Both the position numbers and the translations under genes were made by a program. A stretch of 64,000 nt of DNA, taken from assembly GCA_038896535.1 (NCBI GenBank), contig JAWACY010000001.1, positions 288,001 through 352,000 of the forward strand, read 5' to 3'. Each line of letters starts with the position of its first letter. The stretch's first letter is position 1. Under the pieces are notes generated by a model. That model saw only the letters and a program-made list of their open reading frames with translations. It was not told the DNA's origin and did not search any database. Positions 1-10,247 of the stretch are shown here, in pieces. The stretch comes from Candidatus Anstonellales archaeon (GTDB lineage: Archaea; Micrarchaeota; Micrarchaeia; Anstonellales; J096).

Positions 1-720
1 TTTTGTTTTTTCTATTAATGCATAATCAACAGATATTGGGGCTATGTGCTTATACAGTTTTTCAATGTCATTCAATTGTTCTTTTTTTATCCCAGCATGT
101 TTTATTGCTTCATTTATAAATAATGATTTTTTAAACATGAACATTCCGCTGTTCCAAAATGCCCCTCTTTTTATTAATGAACCAGCAGTTTTTTTATCTG
201 GTTTTTCTATAAATTTTTTTATCTTGTAAAAATAGCTATTTATTTTCTCATTCTCCGGCATTATGTAGCCATATTCGCTACTAGGGTTTTTTGGTTTTAT
301 GCCAAAACAGACTATGTTGTTTTTTGCAATGCCATTTGCTTGTTTCAATTGCTCTGTTAAAGTTTTTGTATCACTTATATAATGATCAGATGGCATGACA
401 ATAACGTTCTCATTATCATCAATGTTCATCAACCCAAGCAAAATAGCGGGGAATGTGTTTTTTTGTTCTGGTTCAATGATAACGTTTGACATGTTAAAAT
501 CTTTACATATTTCATTTATCTGTGCCTTTGCTAGTAACTCTTGCTCTTTGTTTGTTATTATCAATACATTAGATTTTCTCATGAGCATCAATGCCCTTTT
601 CAATGTAAGCTGGAGAAGTGAAAGGCCATTAAAGAGCTTGATGAATTGCTTTGGCATTATTGTCCTGCTCAAAGGAAAAAGTCTTGTCCCGCTCCCGCCA
701 GCCAATATTATTGAGTGCAT
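1..720 (-). CDS. manC: Mannose-1-phosphate guanylyltransferase (3' end runs off the window)
   Basis: Not in ORF track. Manual translation from ATG at 720: MHSIILAGGSGTRLFPLSRTIMPKQF...EPEQKNTFPAI...MPSDH...YGYI...FIEKP...WNSGMF, the typical GMP-transferase motifs. Confidence 0.9.
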   Translation of the reverse strand, partial: MHSIILAGGSGTRLFPLSRTIMPKQFIKLFNGLSLLQLTLKRALMLMRKSNVLIITNKEQELLAKAQINEICKDFNMSNVIIEPEQKNTFPAILLGLMNIDDNENVIVMPSDHYISDTKTLTEQLKQANGIAKNNIVCFGIKPKNPSSEYGYIMPENEKINSYFYKIKKFIEKPDKKTAGSLIKRGAFWNSGMFMFKKSLFINEAIKHAGIKKEQLNDIEKLYKHIAPISVDYALIEKTK

Positions 721-767
721 AAAAAATTTTTAAGAAAAGATTAAAAAAGAGAATCATAAGTTTTTTT

Positions 768-1886
768 ATGGATGAGCTTGAAAGTGATAAGCAGGAAAAG
801 CAAGAAAGCCCAGAAGAACAAAGGCTTAAAAAGATAGGGCTATTGCCTGGAAGCCCAGTCTATCTAGGAGAGAAGAGTGAAGTAAAGCCAAAATTAATAG
901 TAATATCATATGATAAAAACTCATATTATGAAAATGTTATAGATATAAGAGAAAAAAGCGCATTTGAGAATGAACTCAAAAAACTGCTTAAAAAGAAGCC
1001 ATTTGTTAACTGGGTCATATTTATAGGAGTAAATAATATTGACATTCTTCAAAAATTAGGAGAATTTTTTAATTTGCATGCTTTAACAATTGAAGACATT
1101 GCCAACACACACCAAAGGCCGAAAATTGAATCCTATGATAATTATATTTACATCGTTGGCAAAATACTTGGTTATGAATCATTTGCAGAAGATATAAATC
1201 ATGAACAGATTAGCATTGTAATAAGTAAGAATACATTAATAAGCTTTCATGAAACAGAGCATCAAATTATAGAAACAATAAGACATAGAATAGAAAAAAA
1301 TAGAGGAGAAATAAGAAAAAGGCATGTTGATTATTTGGCTTATTCCATATTTGATGTCATGATAGATAAATATTTCGAATTACTTGAAAAATTAAGTGAA
1401 GTAATAGAAGAACTGGAAGAAGAAGTAATAAAAAATCCAAATATAGATATAATAATAAAAGTAGAGCAGATAAAAAGAAAGATCATTATGCTCAGGCGTA
1501 TTTTATGGCCTTCAAGAGAGGTAATAAATAAATTCTCTTCCCCAGATTTTACTTTTGTTAAGAAATCAACAAGATTTTATTTAAGAGATGTGCATGATCA
1601 CATCATACAAGTGCTCGAGACAATAGAAACATATAGGGATGTATTAGCTAGCATGATCGATATTTATTTATCATCTATAAATAATAAGATAAATGAAGTA
1701 ATTAAAGTGCTTACGATAATAACTACGATATTCATTCCATTAACATTTATAACAAGCGTTTATGGCATGAATTTTAAGTATATGCCAGAGTTAGAATGGC
1801 AATATGGCTATTATGCAGTTTGGGCAGTGCTATTTTTAATAGCTGTTTTTATGGTATTATTCTTTAAGAGGAAAGGTTGGTTATAA
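768..1886 (+). CDS. corA: CorA magnesium/cobalt transporter
   Basis: HALTIEDI..HQRPK, YLRDVHDH, C-terminal YGMNF..MPEL signature with two TM helices. Confidence 0.95.
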   Translation: MDELESDKQEKQESPEEQRLKKIGLLPGSPVYLGEKSEVKPKLIVISYDKNSYYENVIDIREKSAFENELKKLLKKKPFVNWVIFIGVNNIDILQKLGEFFNLHALTIEDIANTHQRPKIESYDNYIYIVGKILGYESFAEDINHEQISIVISKNTLISFHETEHQIIETIRHRIEKNRGEIRKRHVDYLAYSIFDVMIDKYFELLEKLSEVIEELEEEVIKNPNIDIIIKVEQIKRKIIMLRRILWPSREVINKFSSPDFTFVKKSTRFYLRDVHDHIIQVLETIETYRDVLASMIDIYLSSINNKINEVIKVLTIITTIFIPLTFITSVYGMNFKYMPELEWQYGYYAVWAVLFLIAVFMVLFFKRKGWL

Positions 1887-1913
1887 AAAAATATGGCTTT
1901 ATATTATATATAA

Positions 1914-1986
1914 GCTCCTGTAGTCTAGTGGACAAGGATGCCGGACTCTCACTCCGGCGACCCGGGTTCGAATCCCGGCAGGAGCA
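1914..1986 (+). tRNA. tRNA-Glu(CTC)
   Basis: Acceptor GCTCCTG/CAGGAGC, anticodon arm CCGGA-CT[CTC]AC-TCCGG, T-arm CCGGG-TTCGAAT-CCCGG; CCA not encoded. Confidence 0.95.
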
Positions 1987-2499
1987 CTATTTTTCCTTTA
2001 TTGATATCATGCAAGAGCCTTCTTTATATGTATTATCAACAAAAACCTCCAGTGCATTTTCATAAGATTGAGTAAGTGAACTATTGCCACCTTTTACTAT
2101 TATGCTATAGCATCCTGAATCTGATATTAATTTTATACATTCATTTATAGTGGCGTTTAACTCTCTCCCATTGCATGGAAAACTTGTACATTTATCTTGT
2201 ATTATTGCTATACAGTTGTTATTTTCCAATCCATAATAATCGATTCTTTTTTTTGGAAAAGCATTCATTGCAGATTGAAAATATGAAAGAGCGCAATTTA
2301 TTGAATTATCATCATTAATTCCATTTTTTTCAATCACTATGCATAAAGGCCTTTTTATGATATTTGTTTGCATTTCCTGTATTGATATATTTTTGCCCTT
2401 ATCTATCACAATGTTTTGTGCGTTCAGAAATAGCGTATGGTATATAAGAAAGATAGCAATAATAAACATAACTAGTGCAATAAGCCATTTATTAATCAT
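1987..2499 (-). CDS. Hypothetical membrane-anchored protein with several Cys
   Basis: 170-aa ORF with N-terminal hydrophobic helix; 4-nt gap to the upstream ORF. Confidence 0.7.
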   Translation of the reverse strand: MINKWLIALVMFIIAIFLIYHTLFLNAQNIVIDKGKNISIQEMQTNIIKRPLCIVIEKNGINDDNSINCALSYFQSAMNAFPKKRIDYYGLENNNCIAIIQDKCTSFPCNGRELNATINECIKLISDSGCYSIIVKGGNSSLTQSYENALEVFVDNTYKEGSCMISIKEK

Positions 2500-2503
2500 A
2501 ACA

Positions 2504-4546
2504 TCACTTTAAAGCAACCGACAAATAACATTTATTGTAATCATTTTCTGTTAAACTTGAATACAAAACTGGTTCTGCAATGAAATTACTATAAATTGAA
2601 CTTGGCTCTTTGATATCTAATATTACTGCATTAGCCTTTGTCATTGCTTGATTGCAAAGTTCCATTATTTGCTGACTTCCGTTTATTATGCATCTGCCGT
2701 CTTTTATTTCTACTACTTTAGCATTCAATACTTTTGCAATCTCATTACCGCATGCCTTTGCTTTCTCTGATTTTATTACAACGTAAGATGGCAGGTTTAG
2801 GTCAATTGCTTTTTTAAAATCACTTATTGACCCTTTATTAATAGCATAATCAAAAGTTAAGAAAGCCGAAACAGAGACGGAGATAAATAATATAATTGAT
2901 ATTAAGAGAATAAATACAAGGAAATAAATCCTTCCGCTCCTTTCCTTCTTCTTATCAATATTTTTTATACCAGCATAAAAGCCAACAATGGAAATCCATA
3001 ATAAGAATGATGCAAATGAAAGACCAATTAATAACGCATTTGTAATTGCCAATGTTTGTAATGCCTGTGTTTTTTGCTCAGGATTAGTTGGCATTAAGGG
3101 CGATATTGGCTTATAAAGTGCCCTGAAATAATTGATGAATGCATTTGTTATAACAACATTTAATGACGTCTTCTTCTGCGAGGCAAAAGACAGTAATGTT
3201 GATGAAAAGTTTGTATACTCACTCTTAAAAATGCTTAAAGAGTCTGGGCTCATTTTCCCTGTAATGGCATTGTTCAGACTTTTTCTTTTTTCAGTTATAG
3301 TCTGCTTTAACAGGGGGTCTGAAATGTCATTTATGTATGTAATATAAAGGGCTTCTGCCCTCTTTGTTTCCTCATCAAAGGCAGCAAGCTGTTCTTCATA
3401 ACTTTTTGTTTTATTTGAAATGAGATTTATGGTGTTAGTTAGATTTTTCACCATACTCTCTATATTAGTAAAATTGTTTGACTCCAATAAACTGCTTATG
3501 TTTGTCTTTAACTCATTGACAAGTGCAATGCTTGAGCTGTAATTTTTATCATCTATTCTTGAAGTAATGCTTTTTGTCCTGTTATAGAGTGAATCCCAAC
3601 CATTTAATATAGCATTAAGCTGATTGCTATATTTCAATCTCAATAACCTATTTTCTTTATTCCCAACTCTTTCATGGATTGATTGTATAAATGAGGCCTT
3701 TATACTATCAAAATCTTTTAAAGGTTTGGATGTGTTTATTACATAAGATAATTGTTTATCTATATTATCAAATGCAGTATTATTTATTATCAGCTCATCG
3801 CATATTCCATAACAAGTAGGACATTCGCTTATTTTTGGATTGCCATTTTCATCTCTTGGGTATCTAAATCTATTCTGTTTTAAGGCTTTAATGCTGTTGT
3901 TCATTGATTTGAGAGCATCATAAGCTTGGGCGTATGCTTGTCCTATAAGTAAAGGCTCTGTTATTGTTAATGCCTGCTTTATTGCTGAAATTTTTGAATC
4001 TATATTATAAGAATCGTTAAAGAATTCTTCTATATAAGGCATTATTGTTTTATAGTCATTGCATCCTATGGAACTTGAATATAACTGACATACAACAACA
4101 GCATATCTTTGGTAAACAGAAGAAAAACCAGCAGGATCTTGTGGGTTTGGTAAGTTCTCTCCCAAAACCTTCCTGCATCCAAGTTCTTCATTGCCAAGCC
4201 CATCTTGCCTGCTCTTATTCAGTGCATCCAGAGAAGTTGATATAAGAGAAACAATAGAACTTAAGTTAGTTGGATAGTATTTTTGCACATAAAAATTGTA
4301 TAATACCATTTCGATTTCTTCATCCTTATCTATTACAGATTCATTCTTAACTAACAAAGCAACCTTATTGTTTATATAAATAAAAGTATAAATGCTATTA
4401 TTATAAGTAAAGTTTTCCTGCTCTATTGTTGCATTCGTTTCATTATCAAGTAAATAATCACTAACGTTAAGTGCAAAAACAACGCCAAAGTTAAGTAAAA
4501 AGATACATAATAAAAGAAAAATACCAGCGTTTTTTATCATGAACAT
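2504..4546 (-). CDS. Large hypothetical exported/membrane protein
   Basis: 680 aa; signal peptide, many N-x-S/T sequons, helical ectodomain, TM segments near the C-terminus. Confidence 0.75.
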   Translation of the reverse strand: MFMIKNAGIFLLLCIFLLNFGVVFALNVSDYLLDNETNATIEQENFTYNNSIYTFIYINNKVALLVKNESVIDKDEEIEMVLYNFYVQKYYPTNLSSIVSLISTSLDALNKSRQDGLGNEELGCRKVLGENLPNPQDPAGFSSVYQRYAVVVCQLYSSSIGCNDYKTIMPYIEEFFNDSYNIDSKISAIKQALTITEPLLIGQAYAQAYDALKSMNNSIKALKQNRFRYPRDENGNPKISECPTCYGICDELIINNTAFDNIDKQLSYVINTSKPLKDFDSIKASFIQSIHERVGNKENRLLRLKYSNQLNAILNGWDSLYNRTKSITSRIDDKNYSSSIALVNELKTNISSLLESNNFTNIESMVKNLTNTINLISNKTKSYEEQLAAFDEETKRAEALYITYINDISDPLLKQTITEKRKSLNNAITGKMSPDSLSIFKSEYTNFSSTLLSFASQKKTSLNVVITNAFINYFRALYKPISPLMPTNPEQKTQALQTLAITNALLIGLSFASFLLWISIVGFYAGIKNIDKKKERSGRIYFLVFILLISIILFISVSVSAFLTFDYAINKGSISDFKKAIDLNLPSYVVIKSEKAKACGNEIAKVLNAKVVEIKDGRCIINGSQQIMELCNQAMTKANAVILDIKEPSSIYSNFIAEPVLYSSLTENDYNKCYLSVALK

Positions 4547-4588
4547 TATTTTAGTGATGTATTTAAAAATATATTTGAAAAACCATTT

Positions 4589-5857
4589 ATGCCAAGTAAA
4601 AGCTCAGACATGCAATTAGGCATAAAAAAGGATAGCATATTAAAAAATAAATTTATATCACTTGCAGTAGGTATTTTATGCATTTTAATTGTTTATTCTA
4701 TAATTCAAGCCAATTTATCTGGCATTGTGAAATTTATTTATTCTGTTTTAATATTGTATACAATTTCTCTCTATTACAAGCATGTTTATAAACTTGAATC
4801 GATATATGGTTTTTTATTATTAAGGAGCAATAAAGGGCTTTTTTTTATTCAGAAGTTTGCTTTGAAATATGCGAATTATATTAATGTTGTATCAGATGTT
4901 TATTATGCAATGCTTTTTGGCCTATCTTTTCTTTATTTTGCGAAATGGCTTGATATTGGGAAAAGAATTATATGCTTGCTAACAGCATTTATAATCCTCT
5001 TTTTATTGTCAATAACAGCCTTTATTGGAATTGCCTATTTTGTTAACTTTTCAGATTTCAAACCAACATTAAGCCAGCAATCAGCACAAACAGATTTATT
5101 GCCATTCGTATTTGTTATTGGCGGCATATTTTTTGGGATGATAATTATGCTTATTGATGGTGGTTATAAGACACTAATGCTGATAATACAAAAAATCTCT
5201 GGTCAGCATGTCATTGTAAAAGAGGGCGTAGCATTGATATTGCCTGGCATAAACATTCCGTTGTTTGAAGGTATTTTGGCATTAGTAGTCATATTAATTG
5301 TGCACGAATTCGCCCACGCAATAGTTGCGGTTGTGCACAGAATAAAATTAAAAAATACCGGCTTTGTATTCTTTGGTTCTTTGCCAGTTGGTGCTTTTGT
5401 TGAGCTTGATGAGAAAAAACTTTTTGCTAGTCCAAACAAAGCGCAAGTAAGAGTATTATCAGCAGGCATAGGAGCAAATATTTTAACAGCTATAATATTC
5501 ACTATATTCTTTCTTATATTCCTTATCTTAACTACTTCTTATACAATGATGGGATGTTATGCAAAGGATAGCGCCCCCTATATCGTATTAATAGATAAGG
5601 CAAATCCGTGCATAAAAGCCGGCCCATTGTCTATTATAAGAGTTTACCCAGACCAGATATTAAATTCAATATATAATTTCTTTGGGCTTGTTATTGCATT
5701 AAACGTTTTTGTTGGTCTTATGAATGCATTACCTCTTCCATTCTTTGACGGGGGCTATATAATTAAAGCGACAATAAATAATGATTTAATAAATAATGCA
5801 ATTATCGCTTTAGTATTAATAGGATTCATTATCCTCATAGTGCCGGCGTTTATATAA
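4589..5857 (+). CDS. Site-2 protease (peptidase M50)
   Basis: HEFAH zinc motif in a TM segment, GAFVE, AGIGAN, NALPLPFFDGG. Confidence 0.92.
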   Translation: MPSKSSDMQLGIKKDSILKNKFISLAVGILCILIVYSIIQANLSGIVKFIYSVLILYTISLYYKHVYKLESIYGFLLLRSNKGLFFIQKFALKYANYINVVSDVYYAMLFGLSFLYFAKWLDIGKRIICLLTAFIILFLLSITAFIGIAYFVNFSDFKPTLSQQSAQTDLLPFVFVIGGIFFGMIIMLIDGGYKTLMLIIQKISGQHVIVKEGVALILPGINIPLFEGILALVVILIVHEFAHAIVAVVHRIKLKNTGFVFFGSLPVGAFVELDEKKLFASPNKAQVRVLSAGIGANILTAIIFTIFFLIFLILTTSYTMMGCYAKDSAPYIVLIDKANPCIKAGPLSIIRVYPDQILNSIYNFFGLVIALNVFVGLMNALPLPFFDGGYIIKATINNDLINNAIIALVLIGFIILIVPAFI

Positions 5858-6712
5858 TTAAATTTTCTTTATTTTTGCAATGAAAAATGCCTCACTCTCA
5901 ACATGCCATGGGTATATTCTTTTTACATAATCCCTGCACATAAAGCCTTGCTCTCCTTTTTCACATTTTATTGGAAGTGAAAAATGCATGAGCTTGGCAT
6001 TGTCCCTTTTTTCAATTAAAAAATCAATGACATTTTCATTTTCTTCTGTTGTAATAGTGCATGTGCTGTAAACAAGTTCTCCATTTCTTTTCAGTGAATC
6101 AAAACATGACAATATCATTGCTTTTTGTATTTTTGACATTGTTTTTGGCAAATTTTTATTTATTTCTAATCTTTTCCAAGCATTTATATGACTTCCTAAA
6201 GCTGAACAAGGAGCATCTAGTAAACATTTTGTAAAATAATCCTTCCATGGCAATTTTTTTGCATCATATGAAGTTATACCAGTATTTACTATGCCAAGTC
6301 TTGATAATGTTGATATAAGTGCTCTGTGTCTGTTTTTTCTATCATTTGCTATTATTGCCCCTTCGTTTTTCATTAGTGCAGCCATATGACTTGTTTTACT
6401 ACCCGGGGAGGCTGTTGCATCCAATATTACATCAAATTTATTTAAAGATGAAAAAGCCAGTGGAACAAGACAGGATGAAAAGCTTTGAACATGAATAAGG
6501 CCAGCTTTAAATTCAGGTAATGCTCCAGGCTTAAAAGCGTTTATTGAAAATACATCTGGCAGAGGTGTTTTTTCTAATTCTACATCTTCTAATAAGTTCA
6601 ATAAGGCAGATGGGGTTATGGCTAATGTATTTACTCTTATATACTTTTTTAATGATGACAAGCATCTAATGATTGATTCTTCTAGCCCTTTTTCTAATGG
6701 TTCATAATTCAT
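5858..6712 (-). CDS. RsmB/NOL1/NOP2 family RNA m5C methyltransferase
   Basis: LDATASPGSKT, LLDAPCS, LVYSTCT...EENE. Confidence 0.92.
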   Translation of the reverse strand: MNYEPLEKGLEESIIRCLSSLKKYIRVNTLAITPSALLNLLEDVELEKTPLPDVFSINAFKPGALPEFKAGLIHVQSFSSCLVPLAFSSLNKFDVILDATASPGSKTSHMAALMKNEGAIIANDRKNRHRALISTLSRLGIVNTGITSYDAKKLPWKDYFTKCLLDAPCSALGSHINAWKRLEINKNLPKTMSKIQKAMILSCFDSLKRNGELVYSTCTITTEENENVIDFLIEKRDNAKLMHFSLPIKCEKGEQGFMCRDYVKRIYPWHVESEAFFIAKIKKI

Positions 6713-6826
6713 TAAAGTATTTTTGCAGCATCTGCTTTAAAACCTATTTTTGCATGCATGCTATAGCAAAATCGTTTTGACTTGCTTTGCCCCTCCTAAA
6801 TAATGCTGAATGTAATCATTAAGCAA

Positions 6827-7573
6827 TTACTGTATATAAGATGGCTTTTTTTTCCCTTCTTCCATATGCTCCCTTTGCTCTTTTATCTCTTTTTCTATTT
6901 TTTCTGTTATCTGCTTTATTTTCCTTGCTGCTTTGTCTATCTCACTGTAATCTATTTCAAATTTGAAATATTTTGACAAAATTTCAAGGACTCTTTTTGC
7001 AGCCATAGGATCAATAAATGAGCCGTGTGTTTCACCCATTATGCAAGTACCCTTTATTTTTCCTGCTAATGCTGGCAATAGACCAGCTAAACCAAGTATG
7101 GAGCCTTTTGCTTCACCATAAATAACGCCAAGTTTTGAAAAACTGTTAATATGTTCAATGTTATTCGAAGCCCCGAGAACATGTTCATTCCTTTCTAAAT
7201 TGCCGGTTGCATACCCCCCTATTGTTATTATTTCATTTATACCGACTTTTTTGCACAATTTTATTATGGCATTTGCAATTTCATATTGCCCTTCATTTGT
7301 TGGTGGTTGTATGTCACCAATAAGAAATATTAAATCTCTATCTTTAAGCCTTAAATGATAAAAGCTCAATTGCATTGGTTTTAATTTTCCCTTTTTTGTT
7401 ATCATGACCTGTGCTGGCAGCTTGTCTGATATTAAACGTCCTATTTTTTTTGCGCCCAATTTATCTACTATGTATTTTACTGTTATTCTGCCTACAAAAG
7501 CAACACCAGGCAAACCAACAATCAGGCTCGCATTTTTTTTTATAAGCCCTTTTTTAAATAATAATTTCATCAT
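6827..7573 (-). CDS. PAC2-family proteasome assembly chaperone
   Basis: IVGLPGVAFVG, GDIQP, ITIGGY, GETHG..DP.AA; lies downstream of nop10 as in many archaea. Confidence 0.88.
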   Translation of the reverse strand: MMKLLFKKGLIKKNASLIVGLPGVAFVGRITVKYIVDKLGAKKIGRLISDKLPAQVMITKKGKLKPMQLSFYHLRLKDRDLIFLIGDIQPPTNEGQYEIANAIIKLCKKVGINEIITIGGYATGNLERNEHVLGASNNIEHINSFSKLGVIYGEAKGSILGLAGLLPALAGKIKGTCIMGETHGSFIDPMAAKRVLEILSKYFKFEIDYSEIDKAARKIKQITEKIEKEIKEQREHMEEGKKKPSYIQ

Positions 7574-7574
7574 T

Positions 7575-7703
7575 TTACCACAAATAATATTTTGGGTTAA
7601 GTTTAAAAATAGGTGGCCCGGCCTTTTGTGTCTTTTTATTGCAATGCTCTAATTTAAGAGTATAAACGCCACAAACAACGCATTTTCTTATTTTTCTTTG
7701 CAT
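7575..7703 (-). CDS. nop10: Nop10 (H/ACA RNP / ribosome biogenesis protein), 42 aa
   Basis: Below ORF-track cutoff. Manual translation MQRKIRKCVVCGVYTLKLEHCNKKTQKAGPPIFKLNPKYYLW; CxxCGxYTLK and PP motifs; nop10-PAC2 gene order. Confidence 0.85.
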   Translation of the reverse strand: MQRKIRKCVVCGVYTLKLEHCNKKTQKAGPPIFKLNPKYYLW

Positions 7704-7816
7704 AAAAAATAAATAGAAATAAAAAATTAAAATGCTTTGGTTTTAACGGCTTTGTTGATTTAGTCTGACTTTATCAACATTTTTAAAACTTTATCAACAA
7801 ATAAATTTGTGGGATT

Positions 7817-8002
7817 GTGATTAGACAAAAATATCCCGTGAATAAATTTACCTTAAAAGTAAAGATTGGGTGCGATTATTACCCAGACTTTTATAAGAGA
7901 TGCACTAATATAGCCAAAATAATAAAGGTCAGTGAAAACAGCGAGGGCAAACAGTTAATCCAGAGTGAATTAAAGAAGAAGTTTGATATAAAGGGGTGGT
8001 AA
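7817..8002 (+). CDS. Small hypothetical ORF or gene remnant ahead of the methyltransferase
   Basis: 61 aa, GTG start, no recognisable motif. Confidence 0.3.
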   Translation: MIRQKYPVNKFTLKVKIGCDYYPDFYKRCTNIAKIIKVSENSEGKQLIQSELKKKFDIKGW

Positions 8003-8004
8003 AA

Positions 8005-9363
8005 ATGCAAAGTGGTGAAAAATTAAACCGCAGAATCTTTGGAATGCATTTTACCCCAATAGAAATATTTAATGAGTATATATTACCACAAATTAAAAGT
8101 GTTCTTTATAAGTATACATGGATTGATTTATTTTGTGGAGAAGGTAATTTAATTTTACCTATTTTAAATTTAATTCCTTATCAAGATAGACGATTATTTT
8201 TTAAGGAGCACATTTTATGCTATGATATAAGCAGTGATGCAGTAAATAAAGCAATTAATACTGCTATTAATTATGGAATACCAGAAGATTTAGCAAAGGA
8301 AAATATAAAAGTCAGAGACACATTAAAAGACTACCCTGAAATCAATAGCAAATACCCTGTATTTCATATTACAAATCCACCTTATCTTTATTTAGGTTAT
8401 ATAAGAAAACATAAAGAAGCTTCTAATAAATTAATATATTTTACAGGAATAAATAGAGGTTATCAGGATTTATATCAAATAGCATTAATTAATGATTTAA
8501 GGCATGGAATAAATAATATGATTTATATAATACCCTCTAACTTTTTATTTTCTGATTCGGGGGCTAATAAGATTAGAAAGGATTTTTTAAGGCATTATAA
8601 AATTAACAGTTGTTATATTTTTGAGAAAAAAATATTTAACTATACTGGAACTAATGTTTTAATAGTAAATTTTGAAAGAACTAATTTAGTCAATAGTAAG
8701 ATAGAGTTTAACGCATATAAAATAAACAGCCATATAGAAAAAAAGAAATATGTATTATATGAAATAAATAATTTTAAACCGAACAATGAATATTATGATT
8801 ATATAAAAAATAATTTTAAAAAAGACCATTTGAATGTTAAATTTTATCTTAATTATACGGAATTGGAAGAAAATAAAGGCAGTAATAAAGTCATACTTTT
8901 AAATTCAAAGAATTATAAACATGGGGTATATACAAAAGAAACCTTTTATGTTAATGATGCATTATATAAAAAAATAACCTCAAATCCTCTATTTGTTAGA
9001 ACTGTGGATACAGGATCTTTAAATGGTAAGGCTGGATTATATTTAATATATGATGAATTTGGAGCAGATGGTATTTTTGTAAAAGGTCAAACTTATAGAA
9101 CAAATCCCATACAGATATTCATAGAACCTGAAATTACAAAAAATGAGAGTTATAAATTAATGAAATTATTTAATAATATTTTAAATAATTTAAGAGATAA
9201 GACAGGCAGTGATTTTATGACTACATATAGATATGCAGACAACCCAAAGTATATAAGAAAATATTTAGGTCTAAAACAGGTCAAAGAGATATTAACAACT
9301 ATAAGTATTAAAGATTTGAGAAATACTCAGGAAGCAATAGAGCCGTCAAAACATTTTTATTAA
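8005..9363 (+). CDS. Amino-DNA methyltransferase (probably N6-adenine) of a type II R-M system
   Basis: HFTP, DLFCGEGNL (motif I), TNPPY (motif IV), FNYTGT; ATG at 8005 preceded by GGGGTGGT. Confidence 0.88.
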   Translation: MQSGEKLNRRIFGMHFTPIEIFNEYILPQIKSVLYKYTWIDLFCGEGNLILPILNLIPYQDRRLFFKEHILCYDISSDAVNKAINTAINYGIPEDLAKENIKVRDTLKDYPEINSKYPVFHITNPPYLYLGYIRKHKEASNKLIYFTGINRGYQDLYQIALINDLRHGINNMIYIIPSNFLFSDSGANKIRKDFLRHYKINSCYIFEKKIFNYTGTNVLIVNFERTNLVNSKIEFNAYKINSHIEKKKYVLYEINNFKPNNEYYDYIKNNFKKDHLNVKFYLNYTELEENKGSNKVILLNSKNYKHGVYTKETFYVNDALYKKITSNPLFVRTVDTGSLNGKAGLYLIYDEFGADGIFVKGQTYRTNPIQIFIEPEITKNESYKLMKLFNNILNNLRDKTGSDFMTTYRYADNPKYIRKYLGLKQVKEILTTISIKDLRNTQEAIEPSKHFY

Positions 9364-10091
9364 CCGCCTCATTTTTTATTTTTTCTAAATATGCATTATT
9401 TACCCAAGGTATTCCATCAATTATTGCAATTGTGCCTATTTCTGAACTGTCTTTTTTGGCAATATCTAATGCGACATTTAACTGATTTGTTTGTGTGCCA
9501 CCGCTATCAGTTATAAATTTTGCCTCACCAAAATAGGTTTTTCCATTTTTCTTAAATACTAAATCTAACCCTTTTTCTATATTGATTTTAAATTTTTCAC
9601 TGATATAATTCTTTAAAATTCTATCACTTCCATTTAAAAATTTTAAATCATTACCATTATAATTTTTAAAATCATTAATATCAATAAAACTATTTTTATA
9701 TCTTTTTTGTAACCATAACTTAAAGGAATTACTATATTGCCTACTTCCAGATTTTGGTGACCTAATTAATGTTTCTAAATCCTCAAAATTCATTCCTAAC
9801 AATATATCCCCTATAATTTTTACAACATCTAAATTATTTTTGAAAATATTATCGTATCTTAATATTGAAATATAGGGATTATCTATTGGAAATTTTTCTA
9901 AATTTAGGCATGCTTTTACTAATCCAATTGGATCTTTAGCATTGAAATAACTTTTAACATTTTCAATTTGTTCTTGATTAATGTCCCTAAAACTATTCAT
10001 ATTTATTGGATATATTTCCGTTAATTTTTTTTAAATATCCCTCATGAGATACTATATCCAGACTTTTTTGTATCCAATCAATTTTATTCAT
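9308..10091 (-). pseudogene. Type II restriction endonuclease (PD-(D/E)xK), frameshifted at an A8 tract
   Basis: GLDLVF...GEAKFITDSGGTQ catalytic-type motif. Upstream ATG at 10091 (MNKIDWIQKSLDIVSHEGYLKK) joins LTEIYPINMNSFR if the T8 run at 10025-10032 is T7. Confidence 0.7.
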
Positions 10092-10247
10092 TTTATCAAT
10101 CACTTTTATAATTAAGTTTATAAATTACTTTTGCTCATGCACTAATTCACCCCTTAACTCTCTTCGCGCATTCGCTAAATTATCCAGCTTCGCTCACTAT
10201 CGTGAAAGATGACACTGTGCAATCTCACTTTTTCAACAAAGTTGGTT

